This document shows positions 19,107 through 31,357 of a stretch of DNA of 64,000 bases, in pieces; the stretch's first letter is position 1; every line of letters begins with the position of its first letter. The notes under the pieces are model-generated. The model was not told where the DNA came from. It ran no database searches and saw only the letters and a program-made list of their open reading frames with translations. Both the position numbers and the translations under genes were made by a program. The stretch is taken from NCBI RefSeq assembly GCF_016903815.1, contig NZ_CP069973.1; one strand, given 5' to 3'. Source of the stretch: Escherichia coli. Lineage in GTDB: Bacteria; Pseudomonadota; Gammaproteobacteria; Enterobacterales; Enterobacteriaceae.

Positions 19107-19628
19107 ATGAAACATTCATTTGAAGTAAAAATTGCCGCTGTAAATCATTACCTGGCCGGTCATGCAGGCATCATTTCTACGGCAAAACTCTTTCAACTTT
19201 CTCACACCAGCCTCTCACACTGGATTAATCTTTTTCTTCTTCACGGTCCTCAGGCACTGGATTGCAGACACAAGCGTAGCTATTCTCCTGAAGATAAACT
19301 TTGCGTGGTTCTTTATGCTCTCGGGCATTCTGAGTCTCTACCCCGGGTAGCTGCCCGGTTTAACATTCCCAGCCACAACACGGTTAAAAACTGGATAAAA
19401 GGCTACCGCAAATCTGGTAATGAGGCCTTTATCAGGCGCAGGAAGGAGAAATGCATGACCCGTTCTGATGATACCCATGAAAACGAGGCAAACATGACGC
19501 CGGAAGAGATGAAGAATGAGCTGCGTTATCTTCGCGCAGAAAATGCATATCTGAAAGCCATGCAGGAGCATCTCCTGGAAAAAAAGCGCCAGGAGCTGGA
19601 GAAAAAACGAAAGTCATCCGGAGCCTGA
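19107..19628 (+). CDS. IS3-family transposase OrfA (helix-turn-helix / leucine-zipper part)
   Basis: Track ORF 19098..19628; the ATG at 19107 lies 8 nt after GAAGG; the C-terminus ...RYLRAENAYLKAMQEHLLEKKRQELEKKRK is the coiled-coil typical of IS3 OrfA. Confidence 0.85.
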   Translation: MKHSFEVKIAAVNHYLAGHAGIISTAKLFQLSHTSLSHWINLFLLHGPQALDCRHKRSYSPEDKLCVVLYALGHSESLPRVAARFNIPSHNTVKNWIKGYRKSGNEAFIRRRKEKCMTRSDDTHENEANMTPEEMKNELRYLRAENAYLKAMQEHLLEKKRQELEKKRKSSGA

Positions 19629-19732
19629 GGTGCGGACACTGCCAGTCTGATCTGTTAAAGGCTGCAGGGCTGGCCAGAAGCACGCTGTACTACCAGCTGT
19701 CACTGCAGAAGGCTAAGGACAAGTATGCTGAT

Positions 19733-20488
<756 letters not shown>

Positions 20489-20515
20489 GGCGCGTCTTAT
20501 CCAGCCTACTCTTGC

Positions 20516-21043
20516 TTATCCGTTCTGCTTTTGCATCCACTCCACCACAAAATCAGCCAGCCCCTCAACATCATTAATATCCAGTAATGCGACATCAAGA
20601 TTAAGCGGCACATCACTGGCTACAGCAATAACATGCCTGTCTATCACTAATTCTTCCGGTCGATGTCCGGCTCCATCGCGAAACAGCACAATCTTTGCGA
20701 TCTCTTCATGCTTAAACCCTTCGACCAGAATCAAATCCAGCTTTGAGGTATCCATTCGACTTGCGAGAAAATGTAGATCCAGCTCTTCTTCGTCTGGTGT
20801 TTCCGTCATCAAGGCCCATCGTTGCTGGCTGGCAACGATGGTTTGTGCCGCGCCAGCCTTGCGCAGCTCATAGCTATCTTTGCCTGGCTTATCAACATCC
20901 ATATCATGGTGCGTATGCTTAATCAGCCCTGGACGGATCCCTCTGGCGCATAATGCCGGGATCAGTTTTTTCAGCAGCGTAGTTTTTCCAGTGCCACTCC
21001 ACGCGGCAAAGGCGAGTAACGGTATCATCGTTTTTCCTGCCAT
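20516..21043 (-). CDS. mobB: Molybdopterin-guanine dinucleotide biosynthesis adapter MobB (175 aa)
   Basis: Translation [46 protein letters not shown]... with a P-loop; overlaps the 3' end of mobA. Confidence 0.9.
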   Translation of the reverse strand: MAGKTMIPLLAFAAWSGTGKTTLLKKLIPALCARGIRPGLIKHTHHDMDVDKPGKDSYELRKAGAAQTIVASQQRWALMTETPDEEELDLHFLASRMDTSKLDLILVEGFKHEEIAKIVLFRDGAGHRPEELVIDRHVIAVASDVPLNLDVALLDINDVEGLADFVVEWMQKQNG

Positions 21044-21609
21044 CGGGCAAGCTCCTCTGGCGTATTCACGTTAACAAATGCATCTTTATGATCGCTGAAA
21101 TCAACCGCATGCCCGCCAGCCAGACGCATAAATGCCATTACCCGGCGTTCTCCTGCTTGCAGATATTCCAGTAATAAAGGCTCAATAGCGCGGTTTACCA
21201 GAGCAATAGTCGGGTGATCGCGTTCACCGTCATGGACCCACACGACAGGCGCATCTTTGCGCTGATGATTAAGCCGGGCTGCTAAATCCTCGGGAATATA
21301 AGGAGTATCGCACGGACAAAACAAAAACCACTCGCCTGCTTCCTGCTGCATTACTGAAAGCATTCCTGCCAGAGGGCCTGGGTAATCCGCCAGTGAATCT
21401 TCAATCACTTTCAGACCGCTTGCCTGATAGATTTCCTGATGACGATTAGCATTAACCACGACGTGAGAGAGCTGCGCCATAAGCGCGTCAGCGACATGTT
21501 GCCATAATGGTTTGCCGTTTAATTCAAGCAATCCTTTATCTACGCCGCCCATTCGTCTGGCTTTACCGCCTGCCAGCACAACGCCTGTTATCGTCGTCAT
21601 CAGATTCAC
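21025..21609 (-). CDS. mobA: Molybdenum cofactor guanylyltransferase MobA (194 aa)
   Basis: Translation [39 protein letters not shown]... matches MobA. Confidence 0.93.
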
Positions 21610-21678
21610 CGATATCGCCTCTTTTATTGTGGGATTGACCCTGCTAACGTGTCTGTCTCAAGAGTAAGGAGCATTACT

Positions 21679-21948
21679 ATGAAATGTAAACGTCTGAATG
21701 AAGTTATTGAACTCCTCCAGCCAGCCTGGCAAAAAGAGCCAGACCTTAACCTGTTGCAATTTTTGCAGAAACTGGCGAAAGAGTCAGGTTTTGACGGCGA
21801 ACTGGCGGATTTGACGGATGACATTCTGATCTATCACCTGAAAATGCGTGATTCCGCGAAAGATGCGGTGATCCCGGGTTTGCAGAAAGATTATGAAGAA
21901 GACTTCAAAACGGCGCTGTTACGCGCTCGCGGCGTAATTAAAGAGTAA
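21679..21948 (+). CDS. yihD: YihD (DUF1040) small protein (89 aa)
   Basis: Track ORF 21649..21948; the internal ATG at 21679 gives [29 protein letters not shown].... Confidence 0.88.
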
Positions 21949-22024
21949 AAGCTTGTAAGCGGCGCCACCAAAATCATCGTGAAATGATATCCTTCATCAT
22001 TCGTAATGTTTTCCGGATGATGGG

Positions 22025-23011
22025 ATGAACAACAGCGCTTTTACTTTCCAGACACTACACCCGGATACCATCATGGACGCTCTGTTTGAGCATGGGATCC
22101 GGGTGGATTCCGGTCTTACCCCGCTTAACAGCTATGAAAACCGTGTCTATCAATTTCAGGACGAAGATCGTCGACGTTTTGTCGTCAAATTTTATCGCCC
22201 TGAACGTTGGACTGCCGATCAAATCCTCGAAGAACATCAATTTGCGTTGCAGCTGGTTAACGATGAAGTTCCGGTCGCAGCGCCTGTGGCCTTTAACGGT
22301 CAGACTTTATTGAATCATCAGGGATTTTATTTCGCTGTTTTTCCAAGCGTCGGTGGTCGCCAGTTCGAAGCTGATAATATCGATCAGATGGAAGCGGTTG
22401 GGCGTTATTTAGGGCGTATGCACCAGACGGGGCGCAAACAGCTTTTTATCCATCGCCCGACCATCGGTCTGAATGAATATCTCATTGAGCCACGCAAGCT
22501 GTTTGAGGACGCTACACTGATACCTTCCGGGTTGAAAGCGGCATTCCTGAAAGCGACAGATGAGCTGATCGCCGCCGTTACAGCACACTGGCGGGAAGAT
22601 TTCACCGTTCTGCGGCTACATGGAGACTGCCACGCCGGGAATATTCTCTGGCGCGATGGTCCAATGTTTGTTGATCTGGATGATGCACGTAATGGTCCAG
22701 CCGTTCAGGATTTGTGGATGTTGCTCAATGGCGATAAAGCCGAGCAGCGGATGCAACTGGAAACTATTATTGAAGCTTATGAAGAATTTAGCGAGTTCGA
22801 CACCGCTGAAATCGGACTGATTGAACCTTTACGCGCCATGCGTTTGGTTTATTATCTTGCCTGGCTAATGCGGCGTTGGGCTGATCCCGCGTTCCCGAAA
22901 AATTTCCCGTGGTTAACCGGGGAAGATTACTGGCTGCGACAGACGGCGACTTTTATAGAACAGGCAAAAGTTCTACAAGAACCCCCTTTGCAATTAACAC
23001 CTATGTATTAA
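22025..23011 (+). CDS. srkA: Stress-response Ser/Thr kinase SrkA (RdoA/YihE), 328 aa
   Basis: Translation MNNSAFTFQTLHPDTIMDALFEHGIRVDSGLTPLNSYENRVYQFQDEDRRRFVVKFYRPERW.... Confidence 0.92.
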   Translation: MNNSAFTFQTLHPDTIMDALFEHGIRVDSGLTPLNSYENRVYQFQDEDRRRFVVKFYRPERWTADQILEEHQFALQLVNDEVPVAAPVAFNGQTLLNHQGFYFAVFPSVGGRQFEADNIDQMEAVGRYLGRMHQTGRKQLFIHRPTIGLNEYLIEPRKLFEDATLIPSGLKAAFLKATDELIAAVTAHWREDFTVLRLHGDCHAGNILWRDGPMFVDLDDARNGPAVQDLWMLLNGDKAEQRMQLETIIEAYEEFSEFDTAEIGLIEPLRAMRLVYYLAWLMRRWADPAFPKNFPWLTGEDYWLRQTATFIEQAKVLQEPPLQLTPMY

Positions 23012-23027
23012 TCGGAGAGAGTAGATC

Positions 23028-23654
23028 ATGAAAAAGATTTGGCTGGCGCTGGCTGGTTTAGTTTTAGCGTTTAGCGCATCGGCGGCGCAGTATGAAGATG
23101 GTAAACAGTATACTACCCTGGAAAAACCGGTAGCTGGCGCGCCGCAAGTGCTGGAGTTTTTCTCTTTCTTCTGCCCGCACTGCTATCAGTTTGAAGAAGT
23201 TCTGCATATTTCTGATAACGTGAAGAAAAAACTGCCGGAAGGCGTGAAGATGACTAAATACCACGTCAACTTCATGGGTGGTGACCTGGGCAAAGATTTG
23301 ACTCAGGCATGGGCAGTGGCGATGGCACTGGGCGTGGAAGACAAAGTCACTGTTCCGCTGTTTGAAGGCGTACAGAAAACCCAGACCATTCGTTCAGCAT
23401 CTGATATCCGCGATGTATTTATCAACGCAGGTATTAAAGGTGAAGAGTACGACGCGGCGTGGAACAGCTTCGTGGTGAAATCCCTGGTCGCTCAGCAGGA
23501 AAAAGCTGCAGCTGACGTGCAATTGCGTGGCGTTCCGGCGATGTTTGTTAACGGTAAATATCAGCTGAATCCGCAGGGTATGGATACCAGCAATATGGAT
23601 GTTTTTGTTCAGCAGTATGCTGATACTGTGAAATATCTGTCCGAGAAAAAATAA
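23028..23654 (+). CDS. dsbA: Periplasmic thiol:disulfide oxidoreductase DsbA (208 aa)
   Basis: Translation [19 protein letters not shown]... with the CPHC active site ([15 protein letters not shown]). Confidence 0.96.
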
Positions 23655-23671
23655 CTCAATGTAAATTACAT

Positions 23672-23700
23672 AAAGCCCGTGAATATTCACGGGCTTTTTT
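23672..23700 (+). terminator. dsbA rho-independent terminator (aaagcccgtgaatattcacgggctttttt)
   Basis: Stem gcccgtg/cacgggc followed by six T; the IS200-like copy A begins immediately after the T-run. Confidence 0.8.
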
Positions 23701-24413
23701 GTGCACAGAAAACCCCCAGCTAGGCTGGGGGTTCCGGAAAGCTTTCAGCTTTAAGCCAGTTATTAAAACCCCTTTTGATTTGTTAAAACACCTTGCGGTC
23801 TGGCAACTGCAAGTGTCAAACAAGAAATCAAAAGGGGGTCCCAATGGGGAACGAAAAGAGCTTAGCGCACACCCGATGGAACTGTAAATATCACATAGTT
23901 TTTGCGCCAAAATACCGAAGACAGGTGTTCTACAGAGAGAAGCGTAGAGCAATAGGCAGTATTTTGAGAAAGCTGTGTGAGTGGAAAAGTGTACGGATTC
24001 TGGAAGCTGAATGCTGTGCAGATCATATCCATATGCTTGTGGAGATCCCGCCCAAAATGAGCGTATCCGGCTTTATGGGATATCTGAAAGGGAAAAGCAG
24101 TCTGATGCTTTACGAGCAGTTTGGTGATTTGAAATTCAAATACAGGAACAGGGAGTTCTGGTGCAGAGGGTACTACGTCGATACGGTGGGTAAGAACACG
24201 GCGAAGATACAGGATTACATAAAGCACCAGCTTGAAGAGGATAAAATGGGAGAGCAGTTATCGATTCCCTATCCGGGCAGCCCGTTTACGGGCCGTAAGT
24301 AACGAAGTTGGATGCAAATGTCAGATCGTGTGCGCCTGTTAGGGCGCGGCTGGTAAGAGAGCCTTATAGGCGCATTTGAAAAACCTCCGGCTATGCCGGA
24401 GGATATTTATTTA
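23701..24413 (+). mobile_element. IS200-like element (IS200/IS605 family), copy A, about 0.71 kb
   Basis: Bounded by sequence identity to copy B (40452..41163). Left-end hairpin cccccagc-tag-gctggggg, a second structured region sequestering the tnpA RBS, and a right-end hairpin cctccggc-tat-gccggagg. The left boundary is uncertain by a few nt inside the T-run. Confidence 0.85.
23844..24302 (+). CDS. tnpA: IS200-type HUH (Y1) transposase TnpA (152 aa)
   Basis: Translation MGNEKSLAHTRWNCKYHIVFAPKYRRQVFYREKRRAIGSILRKLCEWKSVRILEAECCADHIHMLVEIPPKMSVSGFMGYLKG... with the HxH (HIHML) motif; closely matches recalled IS200/IS1541 TnpA. Confidence 0.9.
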   Translation: MGNEKSLAHTRWNCKYHIVFAPKYRRQVFYREKRRAIGSILRKLCEWKSVRILEAECCADHIHMLVEIPPKMSVSGFMGYLKGKSSLMLYEQFGDLKFKYRNREFWCRGYYVDTVGKNTAKIQDYIKHQLEEDKMGEQLSIPYPGSPFTGRK

Positions 24414-24519
24414 TTATTTAATAAATATAAATACATTCTGATAATGCGTCCTGCCGCTGGACATTATTTCAGCATAAGTGGATATTCAAAGTTTTGCTGT
24501 TTTATCAGGGAATATTTAT

Positions 24520-25950
24520 ATGATACGTAAGTCAGCTACAGGTGTTATTGTTGCGTTAGCCGTAATCTGGGGGGGTGGCACATGGTACACAGGTACGCAA
24601 ATTCAGCCTGGTGTCGAAAAGTTTATTAAAGATTTTAACGATGCTAAAAAGAAAGGTGAACATGCCTACGATATGACGTTAAGTTATAAAAACTTTGACA
24701 AAGGCTTTTTTAATTCTCATTTTCAAATGCAAATAACATTTGATAACGGTGCACCCGATCTCAATATCAAGCCAGGCCAGAAAGTTGCATTTGATGTGGA
24801 TGTTGAGCACGGTCCGTTGCCCATCACAATGTTAATGCGTAGTAATGTCATCCCCGCACTGGCAGCGGCAAAAGTGAACTTAGTGAATAATGAACTGACA
24901 CAACCGCTATTTATCGCCGCAAAAAATAAATCGCCCGTGGAAGCGACATTGCGATTCGCGTTTGGTGGCTCATTCTCCACGACATTAGATGTTGCCCCTG
25001 CAAAATATGGAAAGTTTTCTTTTGGTGAGGGCCAGTTTACTTTTAATGGTGATGGTAGTTCATTGTCTAACCTGGATATTGAAGGCAAAGTCGAAGATAT
25101 TGTTCTGCAATTATCACCAATGAACAAAGTAACGGCGAAAAGTTTTACCATTGATTCTCTGGCGCGATTAGAAGAAAAGAAATTTCCGGTTGGTGAAAGC
25201 GAGTCGAAATTTAATCAGATTAACATTATCAATCACGGGGAAGACGTTGCCCAAATCGATGCTTTCGTTGCAAAAACCAGGCTGGATCGCGTTAAAGACA
25301 AAGATTATATCAATGTCAATCTGACCTACGAACTTGATAAGTTAACAAAAGGGAATCAGAAACTCGGTAGTGGTGAGTGGTCATTGATTGCTGAATCTAT
25401 TGATCCCTCAGCGGTGCGCCAATTTATCATCCAGTATAACATTGCGATGCAGAAGCAGCTTGCTGCACACCCTGAGTTAGCAAACGATGAAGTTGCTCTG
25501 CAAGAAGTGAATGCTGCATTGTTCAAAGAGTATTTACCGTTATTACAAAAAAGTGAGCCGACCATTAAACAACCGGTAAGATGGAAGAACGCACTCGGCG
25601 AACTAAATGCCAATCTGGATATCAGTATTGCCGACCCAGCCAAATCCTCATCATCCACAAACAAAGATATTAAATCGCTCAATTTTGATGTGAAGTTACC
25701 GCTTAATGTCGTCACAGAAACCGCAAAACAGCTTAATTTATCTGAAGGGATGGATGCTGAAAAAGCGCAAAAGCAGGCTGATAAACAAATCAGCGGGATG
25801 ATGACCTTAGGTCAGATGTTTCAGTTAATCACGATTGACAACAATACCGCCTCGCTGCAACTGCGTTATACACCGGGTAAAGTTGTTTTTAACGGACAGG
25901 AGATGAGCGAAGAAGAATTTATGTCTCGTGCCGGACGTTTTGTTCATTAA
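24520..25950 (+). CDS. yihF: YihF (DUF945 family) protein with N-terminal membrane anchor, 476 aa
   Basis: Track ORF 24478..25950; the internal ATG at 24520 gives MIRKSATGVIVALAVIWGGGTWYTGTQIQPGVEKFIKDFN.... Confidence 0.88.
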   Translation: MIRKSATGVIVALAVIWGGGTWYTGTQIQPGVEKFIKDFNDAKKKGEHAYDMTLSYKNFDKGFFNSHFQMQITFDNGAPDLNIKPGQKVAFDVDVEHGPLPITMLMRSNVIPALAAAKVNLVNNELTQPLFIAAKNKSPVEATLRFAFGGSFSTTLDVAPAKYGKFSFGEGQFTFNGDGSSLSNLDIEGKVEDIVLQLSPMNKVTAKSFTIDSLARLEEKKFPVGESESKFNQINIINHGEDVAQIDAFVAKTRLDRVKDKDYINVNLTYELDKLTKGNQKLGSGEWSLIAESIDPSAVRQFIIQYNIAMQKQLAAHPELANDEVALQEVNAALFKEYLPLLQKSEPTIKQPVRWKNALGELNANLDISIADPAKSSSSTNKDIKSLNFDVKLPLNVVTETAKQLNLSEGMDAEKAQKQADKQISGMMTLGQMFQLITIDNNTASLQLRYTPGKVVFNGQEMSEEEFMSRAGRFVH

Positions 25951-25990
25951 AATACTCACTCGCCTCTGCTCATTCAGAGGCGAGCAAAAT

Positions 25991-26923
25991 TTACTTGTCC
26001 TGCCGCTGTGATGACATCAACGACGTCAGAAGCCGGTCTTTTTCCTGCCACAGTGAGTTCAGCCATTGCTGAAAATGGCGCTTAAAGCTTTTGTCATTGA
26101 TGTAGTCGCCATGTAACTCATCGGCAATAGGCTGTAAATCCACATGTACGACAATCCGCGTCAGTTTACCGCTTAACATATCGAAGAACGGCTGACGGTT
26201 ATTGTCCGGATAACACAGCGTAACATTAAGCAGTTTATCGAATTGTTTACCCAGTACATTTAGCGCCATCGCAATGCCTGCCGCCTTTGGTGGCAACAAG
26301 TTTTGAAAAGTGGAGTGGGTTTGCTGATGTTTTTCTTGCGTGAAACGGGAGCCTTCAACGAAATTGACAATGGTGGTGGGATGCAGGCGAAACTTTTCAC
26401 AAGAACGCCGAGTGGTTTCAACATCTTTACCACGTCGCTCCGGATGACGTAATAAATAAGCGCGGGAATAACGCTTCATAAACGGCATATCCAGCGCCCA
26501 GCATGCCAGGCCAAGAAAAGGCACCCAGGCCAGCTGCTGCTTGAGGAAATATTTATTCATCGGAATGTGCTTACGAAACAGCACGCACAGTACGACAATA
26601 TCTGCCCAACTACGGTGGTTACAAATAAGCAGATACCAGTTCTTCTTACTTAACCCTTCCAGCCCGTGAACTTCCCATTGCAGGTGTGGGTTCAGATGCA
26701 GTAATACCGCAAGGCATTCACACCAGCAATACATCATAAAATCACAAAAACGCGAAACCTTTCGCCAAATGACTGGCACAGGTAGCAATAGTTTTACAAT
26801 CCCGGCAATGATGATCGGGACGGAACAAAAAATAGTGACCAAAATGGTCAATACGATACTCAGCAAAAGGGTTATCGCAGCGAGTATTCTCGTCATAATG
26901 AATTTATTCAAAAGGTTAGCCAT
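25991..26923 (-). CDS. yihG: YihG, putative 1-acyl-sn-glycerol-3-phosphate acyltransferase family membrane protein (310 aa)
   Basis: Track ORF 25991..26947; the internal start gives [29 protein letters not shown]...; contains an [10 protein letters not shown] acyltransferase-like motif. Confidence 0.85.
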   Translation of the reverse strand: MANLLNKFIMTRILAAITLLLSIVLTILVTIFCSVPIIIAGIVKLLLPVPVIWRKVSRFCDFMMYCWCECLAVLLHLNPHLQWEVHGLEGLSKKNWYLLICNHRSWADIVVLCVLFRKHIPMNKYFLKQQLAWVPFLGLACWALDMPFMKRYSRAYLLRHPERRGKDVETTRRSCEKFRLHPTTIVNFVEGSRFTQEKHQQTHSTFQNLLPPKAAGIAMALNVLGKQFDKLLNVTLCYPDNNRQPFFDMLSGKLTRIVVHVDLQPIADELHGDYINDKSFKRHFQQWLNSLWQEKDRLLTSLMSSQRQDK

Positions 26924-27286
26924 AGACAGTGCGCTAAAGAAGCGCAAGGCGCAGATTTTAGCAGAAAACGACCCAAATAACGGATGATCCTTAAGGAGAA
27001 AAATAATTCATATCTATCCACATTAGAAAAAATCCCATTATCTTAATTACTAGGGATGGTCTTATTTTTAACTGCATGAAAAACAAAGACAAACATCATG
27101 CTGTAAAAAGCATGATAATAAATTAAAAGCGATGTAAATAATTTATGCACAAAGTTATCCACATGACGATTTGCGAGCGATCCAGAAGATCTACAAAAGA
27201 TTTTCACGAAAAGCGGTGAAAAACTCATGTTTTCATCCTGTCTGTGGCATCCTTTACCCATAATCTGATAAACAGGCACGGACATT

Positions 27287-30073
27287 ATGGTTCAGATCCC
27301 CCAAAATCCACTTATCCTTGTAGATGGTTCATCTTATCTTTATCGCGCATATCACGCGTTTCCCCCGCTGACTAACAGCGCAGGCGAGCCGACCGGTGCG
27401 ATGTATGGTGTCCTCAACATGCTGCGCAGTCTGATCATGCAATATAAACCGACGCATGCAGCGGTGGTCTTTGACGCCAAGGGAAAAACCTTTCGTGATG
27501 AACTGTTTGAACATTACAAATCACATCGCCCGCCAATGCCGGACGATCTGCGAGCACAAATCGAACCTCTGCACGCGATGGTTAAAGCGATGGGACTGCC
27601 GCTGCTGGCGGTTTCTGGCGTAGAAGCGGACGACGTTATCGGTACTCTGGCGCGCGAAGCCGAAAAAGCCGGGCGTCCGGTGCTGATCAGCACTGGCGAT
27701 AAAGATATGGCGCAGCTGGTGACGCCAAATATTACGCTTATCAATACCATGACGAATACCATCCTCGGACCGGAAGAGGTGGTGAATAAGTACGGCGTGC
27801 CGCCAGAACTGATCATCGACTTCCTGGCGCTGATGGGTGACTCCTCCGATAACATCCCTGGCGTACCGGGCGTCGGTGAAAAAACCGCGCAGGCATTGCT
27901 GCAAGGTCTTGGCGGCCTGGATACGCTGTATGCCGAGCCAGAAAAAATTGCCGGGTTGAGCTTCCGTGGCGCGAAAACAATGGCAGCGAAGCTCGAGCAA
28001 AACAAAGAAGTTGCTTATCTCTCATACCAGCTGGCGACGATTAAAACCGACGTTGAACTGGAGCTGACCTGTGAACAACTGGAAGTGCAGCAACCGGCAG
28101 CGGAAGAGTTGTTGGGGCTGTTCAAAAAGTATGAGTTCAAACGCTGGACTGCTGATGTCGAAGCGGGCAAATGGTTACAGGCCAAAGGGGCAAAACCAGC
28201 CGCGAAGCCACAGGAAACCAGTGTTGCAGACGAAGCACCAGAAGTGACGGCAACGGTGATTTCTTATGACAACTACGTCACCATCCTTGATGAAGAAACA
28301 CTGAAAGCGTGGATTGCGAAGCTGGAAAAAGCGCCGGTATTTGCATTTGATACCGAAACCGACAGCCTTGATAACATCTCTGCTAACCTGGTCGGGCTTT
28401 CTTTTGCTATCGAGCCAGGCGTAGCGGCATATATTCCGGTTGCTCATGATTATCTTGATGCGCCCGATCAAATCTCTCGCGAGCGTGCACTCGAGTTGCT
28501 AAAACCGCTGCTGGAAGATGAAAAGGCGCTGAAGGTTGGGCAAAACCTGAAATACGATCGCGGTATTCTGGCGAATTACGGCATTGAGCTGCGTGGGATT
28601 GCGTTTGATACCATGCTGGAGTCCTACATTCTCAATAGCGTTGCCGGGCGTCACGATATGGACAGCCTCGCGGAACGTTGGTTGAAGCACAAAACCATCA
28701 CTTTTGAAGAGATTGCGGGTAAAGGCAAAAATCAACTGACCTTTAACCAGATTGCCCTCGAAGAGGCCGGACGTTACGCCGCCGAAGATGCTGATGTCAC
28801 CTTGCAGTTGCATCTGAAAATGTGGCCGGATCTGCAAAAACACAAAGGGCCGTTGAACGTCTTCGAGAATATCGAAATGCCGCTGGTGCCAGTGCTTTCA
28901 CGCATTGAACGTAACGGTGTGAAGATCGATCCGAAAGTGCTGCACAATCATTCTGAAGAGCTCACCCTTCGTCTGGCTGAGCTGGAAAAGAAAGCGCATG
29001 AAATTGCAGGTGAGGAATTTAACCTTTCTTCCACCAAGCAGTTACAAACCATTCTGTTTGAAAAACAGGGCATTAAACCGCTGAAGAAAACGCCGGGTGG
29101 CGCGCCGTCAACGTCGGAAGAGGTACTGGAAGAACTGGCGCTGGACTATCCGTTGCCAAAAGTGATTCTGGAGTATCGTGGTCTGGCGAAGCTGAAATCG
29201 ACCTACACCGACAAGCTACCGCTGATGATCAACCCGAAAACCGGGCGTGTACATACCTCTTATCACCAGGCAGTAACCGCAACGGGACGTTTATCGTCAA
29301 CCGATCCTAACCTGCAAAACATTCCGGTGCGTAACGAAGAAGGTCGTCGTATCCGCCAGGCGTTTATTGCGCCAGAGGATTATGTGATTGTCTCGGCGGA
29401 CTACTCGCAGATTGAACTGCGCATTATGGCGCATCTCTCGCGTGACAAAGGCTTGCTGACCGCATTCGCGGAAGGAAAAGATATCCACCGGGCTACGGCG
29501 GCAGAAGTGTTTGGTTTGCCACTGGAAACCGTAACCAGCGAGCAACGCCGTAGCGCGAAAGCGATCAACTTTGGTCTGATTTATGGCATGAGTGCTTTCG
29601 GTCTGGCGCGGCAATTGAACATTCCACGTAAAGAAGCGCAGAAGTACATGGACCTTTACTTCGAACGCTACCCTGGCGTGCTGGAGTATATGGAACGCAC
29701 CCGTGCTCAGGCGAAAGAGCAGGGCTACGTTGAAACGCTGGACGGACGCCGTCTGTATCTGCCGGATATCAAATCCAGCAATGGGGCTCGTCGTGCAGCG
29801 GCTGAACGTGCAGCCATTAACGCGCCAATGCAGGGAACCGCCGCCGACATTATCAAACGGGCGATGATTGCCGTTGATGCGTGGCTACAGGCTGAGCAAC
29901 CGCGTGTACGTATGATCATGCAGGTACACGATGAACTGGTATTTGAAGTTCATAAAGATGATGTCGATGCCGTCGCGAAGCAGATTCATCAACTGATGGA
30001 AAACTGTACCCGTCTGGATGTGCCGTTGCTGGTGGAAGTGGGGAGTGGCGAAAACTGGGATCAGGCGCACTAA
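27287..30073 (+). CDS. polA: DNA polymerase I (928 aa)
   Basis: Translation [42 protein letters not shown]... with the 5' nuclease, 3'-5' exonuclease and polymerase regions (…[23 protein letters not shown]…). Confidence 0.97.
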
Positions 30074-30220
30074 GATTCGCCTGAACATGCCCTTTTTTCG
30101 TAAGTAAGCAACATAAGCTGTCACGTTTTGTGATGGCTATTAGAAATTCCTATGCAACAACTGAAAAAAAATTACAAAAAGTGCTTTCTGAACTGAACAA
30201 AAAAGAGTAAAGTTAGTCGC

Positions 30221-30329
30221 GTAGGGTACAGAGGTAAGATGTTCTATCTTTCAGACCTTTTACTTCACGTAATCGGATTTGGCTGAATATTTTAGCCGCC
30301 CCAGTCAGTAATGACTGGGGCGTTTTTTA
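30221..30329 (+). ncRNA. spf: Spot 42 small RNA (spf), 109 nt
   Basis: GTAGGGTACAGAGGTAAGATGTTCTATCTTTCAGACCTTTTACTTCACGTAATCGGATTTGGCTGAATATTTTAGCCGCCCCAGTCAGTAATGACTGGGGCGTTTTTTA matches recalled Spot 42, including its terminator. Confidence 0.88.
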
Positions 30330-30351
30330 TTGGGCGAAAGAAAAGATCCGT

Positions 30352-30440
30352 AATGCCTGATACGCCATGTTTATCAGGCCAACGGTAAAATCGTAATCTA
30401 TTGAATTTACGGGCCGGATACGCCACATCCGGCACAAGCA
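30352..30440. repeat. REP palindromic units between spf and engB
   Basis: gcctgatacgccatgtttatcaggcc ... gggccggatacgccacatccggca. Confidence 0.6.
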
Positions 30441-30454
30441 TTAAGGCAAGAAAA

Positions 30455-31087
30455 TCATTCGCCGTCCTGCGTTTCTTCTACAGGCTGCATCTCGCTAAAC
30501 CAGGTATCCAGTTTCTGCCGCAGCTTGTCCACGCCTTGTTTCTTCAACGAAGAAAACGTTTCAACCTGCACATCACCGTTAAACGCCAGCACCGCTTCAC
30601 GCACCATATTCAATTGCGCTTTACGTGCGCCGCTTGCCAGTTTGTCCGCTTTGGTCAGCAGCACCAGCACGGCGATATTGCTGTCTACCGCCCACTCAAT
30701 CATCTGCTGATCCAAATCTTTCAGCGGATGGCGAATATCCATTAGCACCACCAGACCTTGCAGGCTCTGACGTTTTTCGAGGTATTCGCCGAGCGCGCGT
30801 TGCCATTTGCGCTTCATCTCTTCCGGGACTTCCGCGTAGCCATAGCCGGGCAGGTCAACCAGACGCTTGCCGTCAGCCACTTCAAACAGGTTGATAAGCT
30901 GGGTGCGCCCTGGGGTTTTTGAGGTACGAGCCAGGCTTTTCTGGTTAGTCAGCGTGTTCAGCGCGCTGGATTTACCTGCGTTGGAACGGCCTGCAAAAGC
31001 CACTTCAATTCCGGTATCGGAAGGTAGGTGGCGAATATCAGGCGCACTCATCACAAAATGCGTCTGTTGATAATTCAAATTAGTCAA
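30455..31087 (-). CDS. engB: Ribosome biogenesis GTPase EngB/YihA (210 aa)
   Basis: Translation [46 protein letters not shown]... with G1-G4 GTPase motifs. Confidence 0.93.
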
Positions 31088-31357
31088 AGCGGTCGTCTCC
31101 GTCAGTCAAAGCTTTGCGGCGATTATACCTGAACCATAATAAAAGGCGGATTTTTCGGCGTGAGCGTTGTAAGTAAAAGCCATACGCTTTGTGAGACATT
31201 GCCGATAGTCTTTATGCGAAATAGCAGAGAAAATTCTGCGATGCATGTCAAATAAGCTATATAAATCAGTTAATTGCTTTTATATAAAACTCTGAAAATG
31301 TGCAAATACTGATGGCGGTTGATTGTTTGTTTAAAGCAAAGGCGTAAAGTAGCACCC

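Noticed and set aside
23862-24227. 121-aa minus-strand ORF inside IS200 copy A (and its twin at 40613..40978)
   Set aside because: Antisense to tnpA; IS200 elements encode a single TnpA, so this open frame is most likely fortuitous (an antisense RNA, not a protein, is known for IS200).
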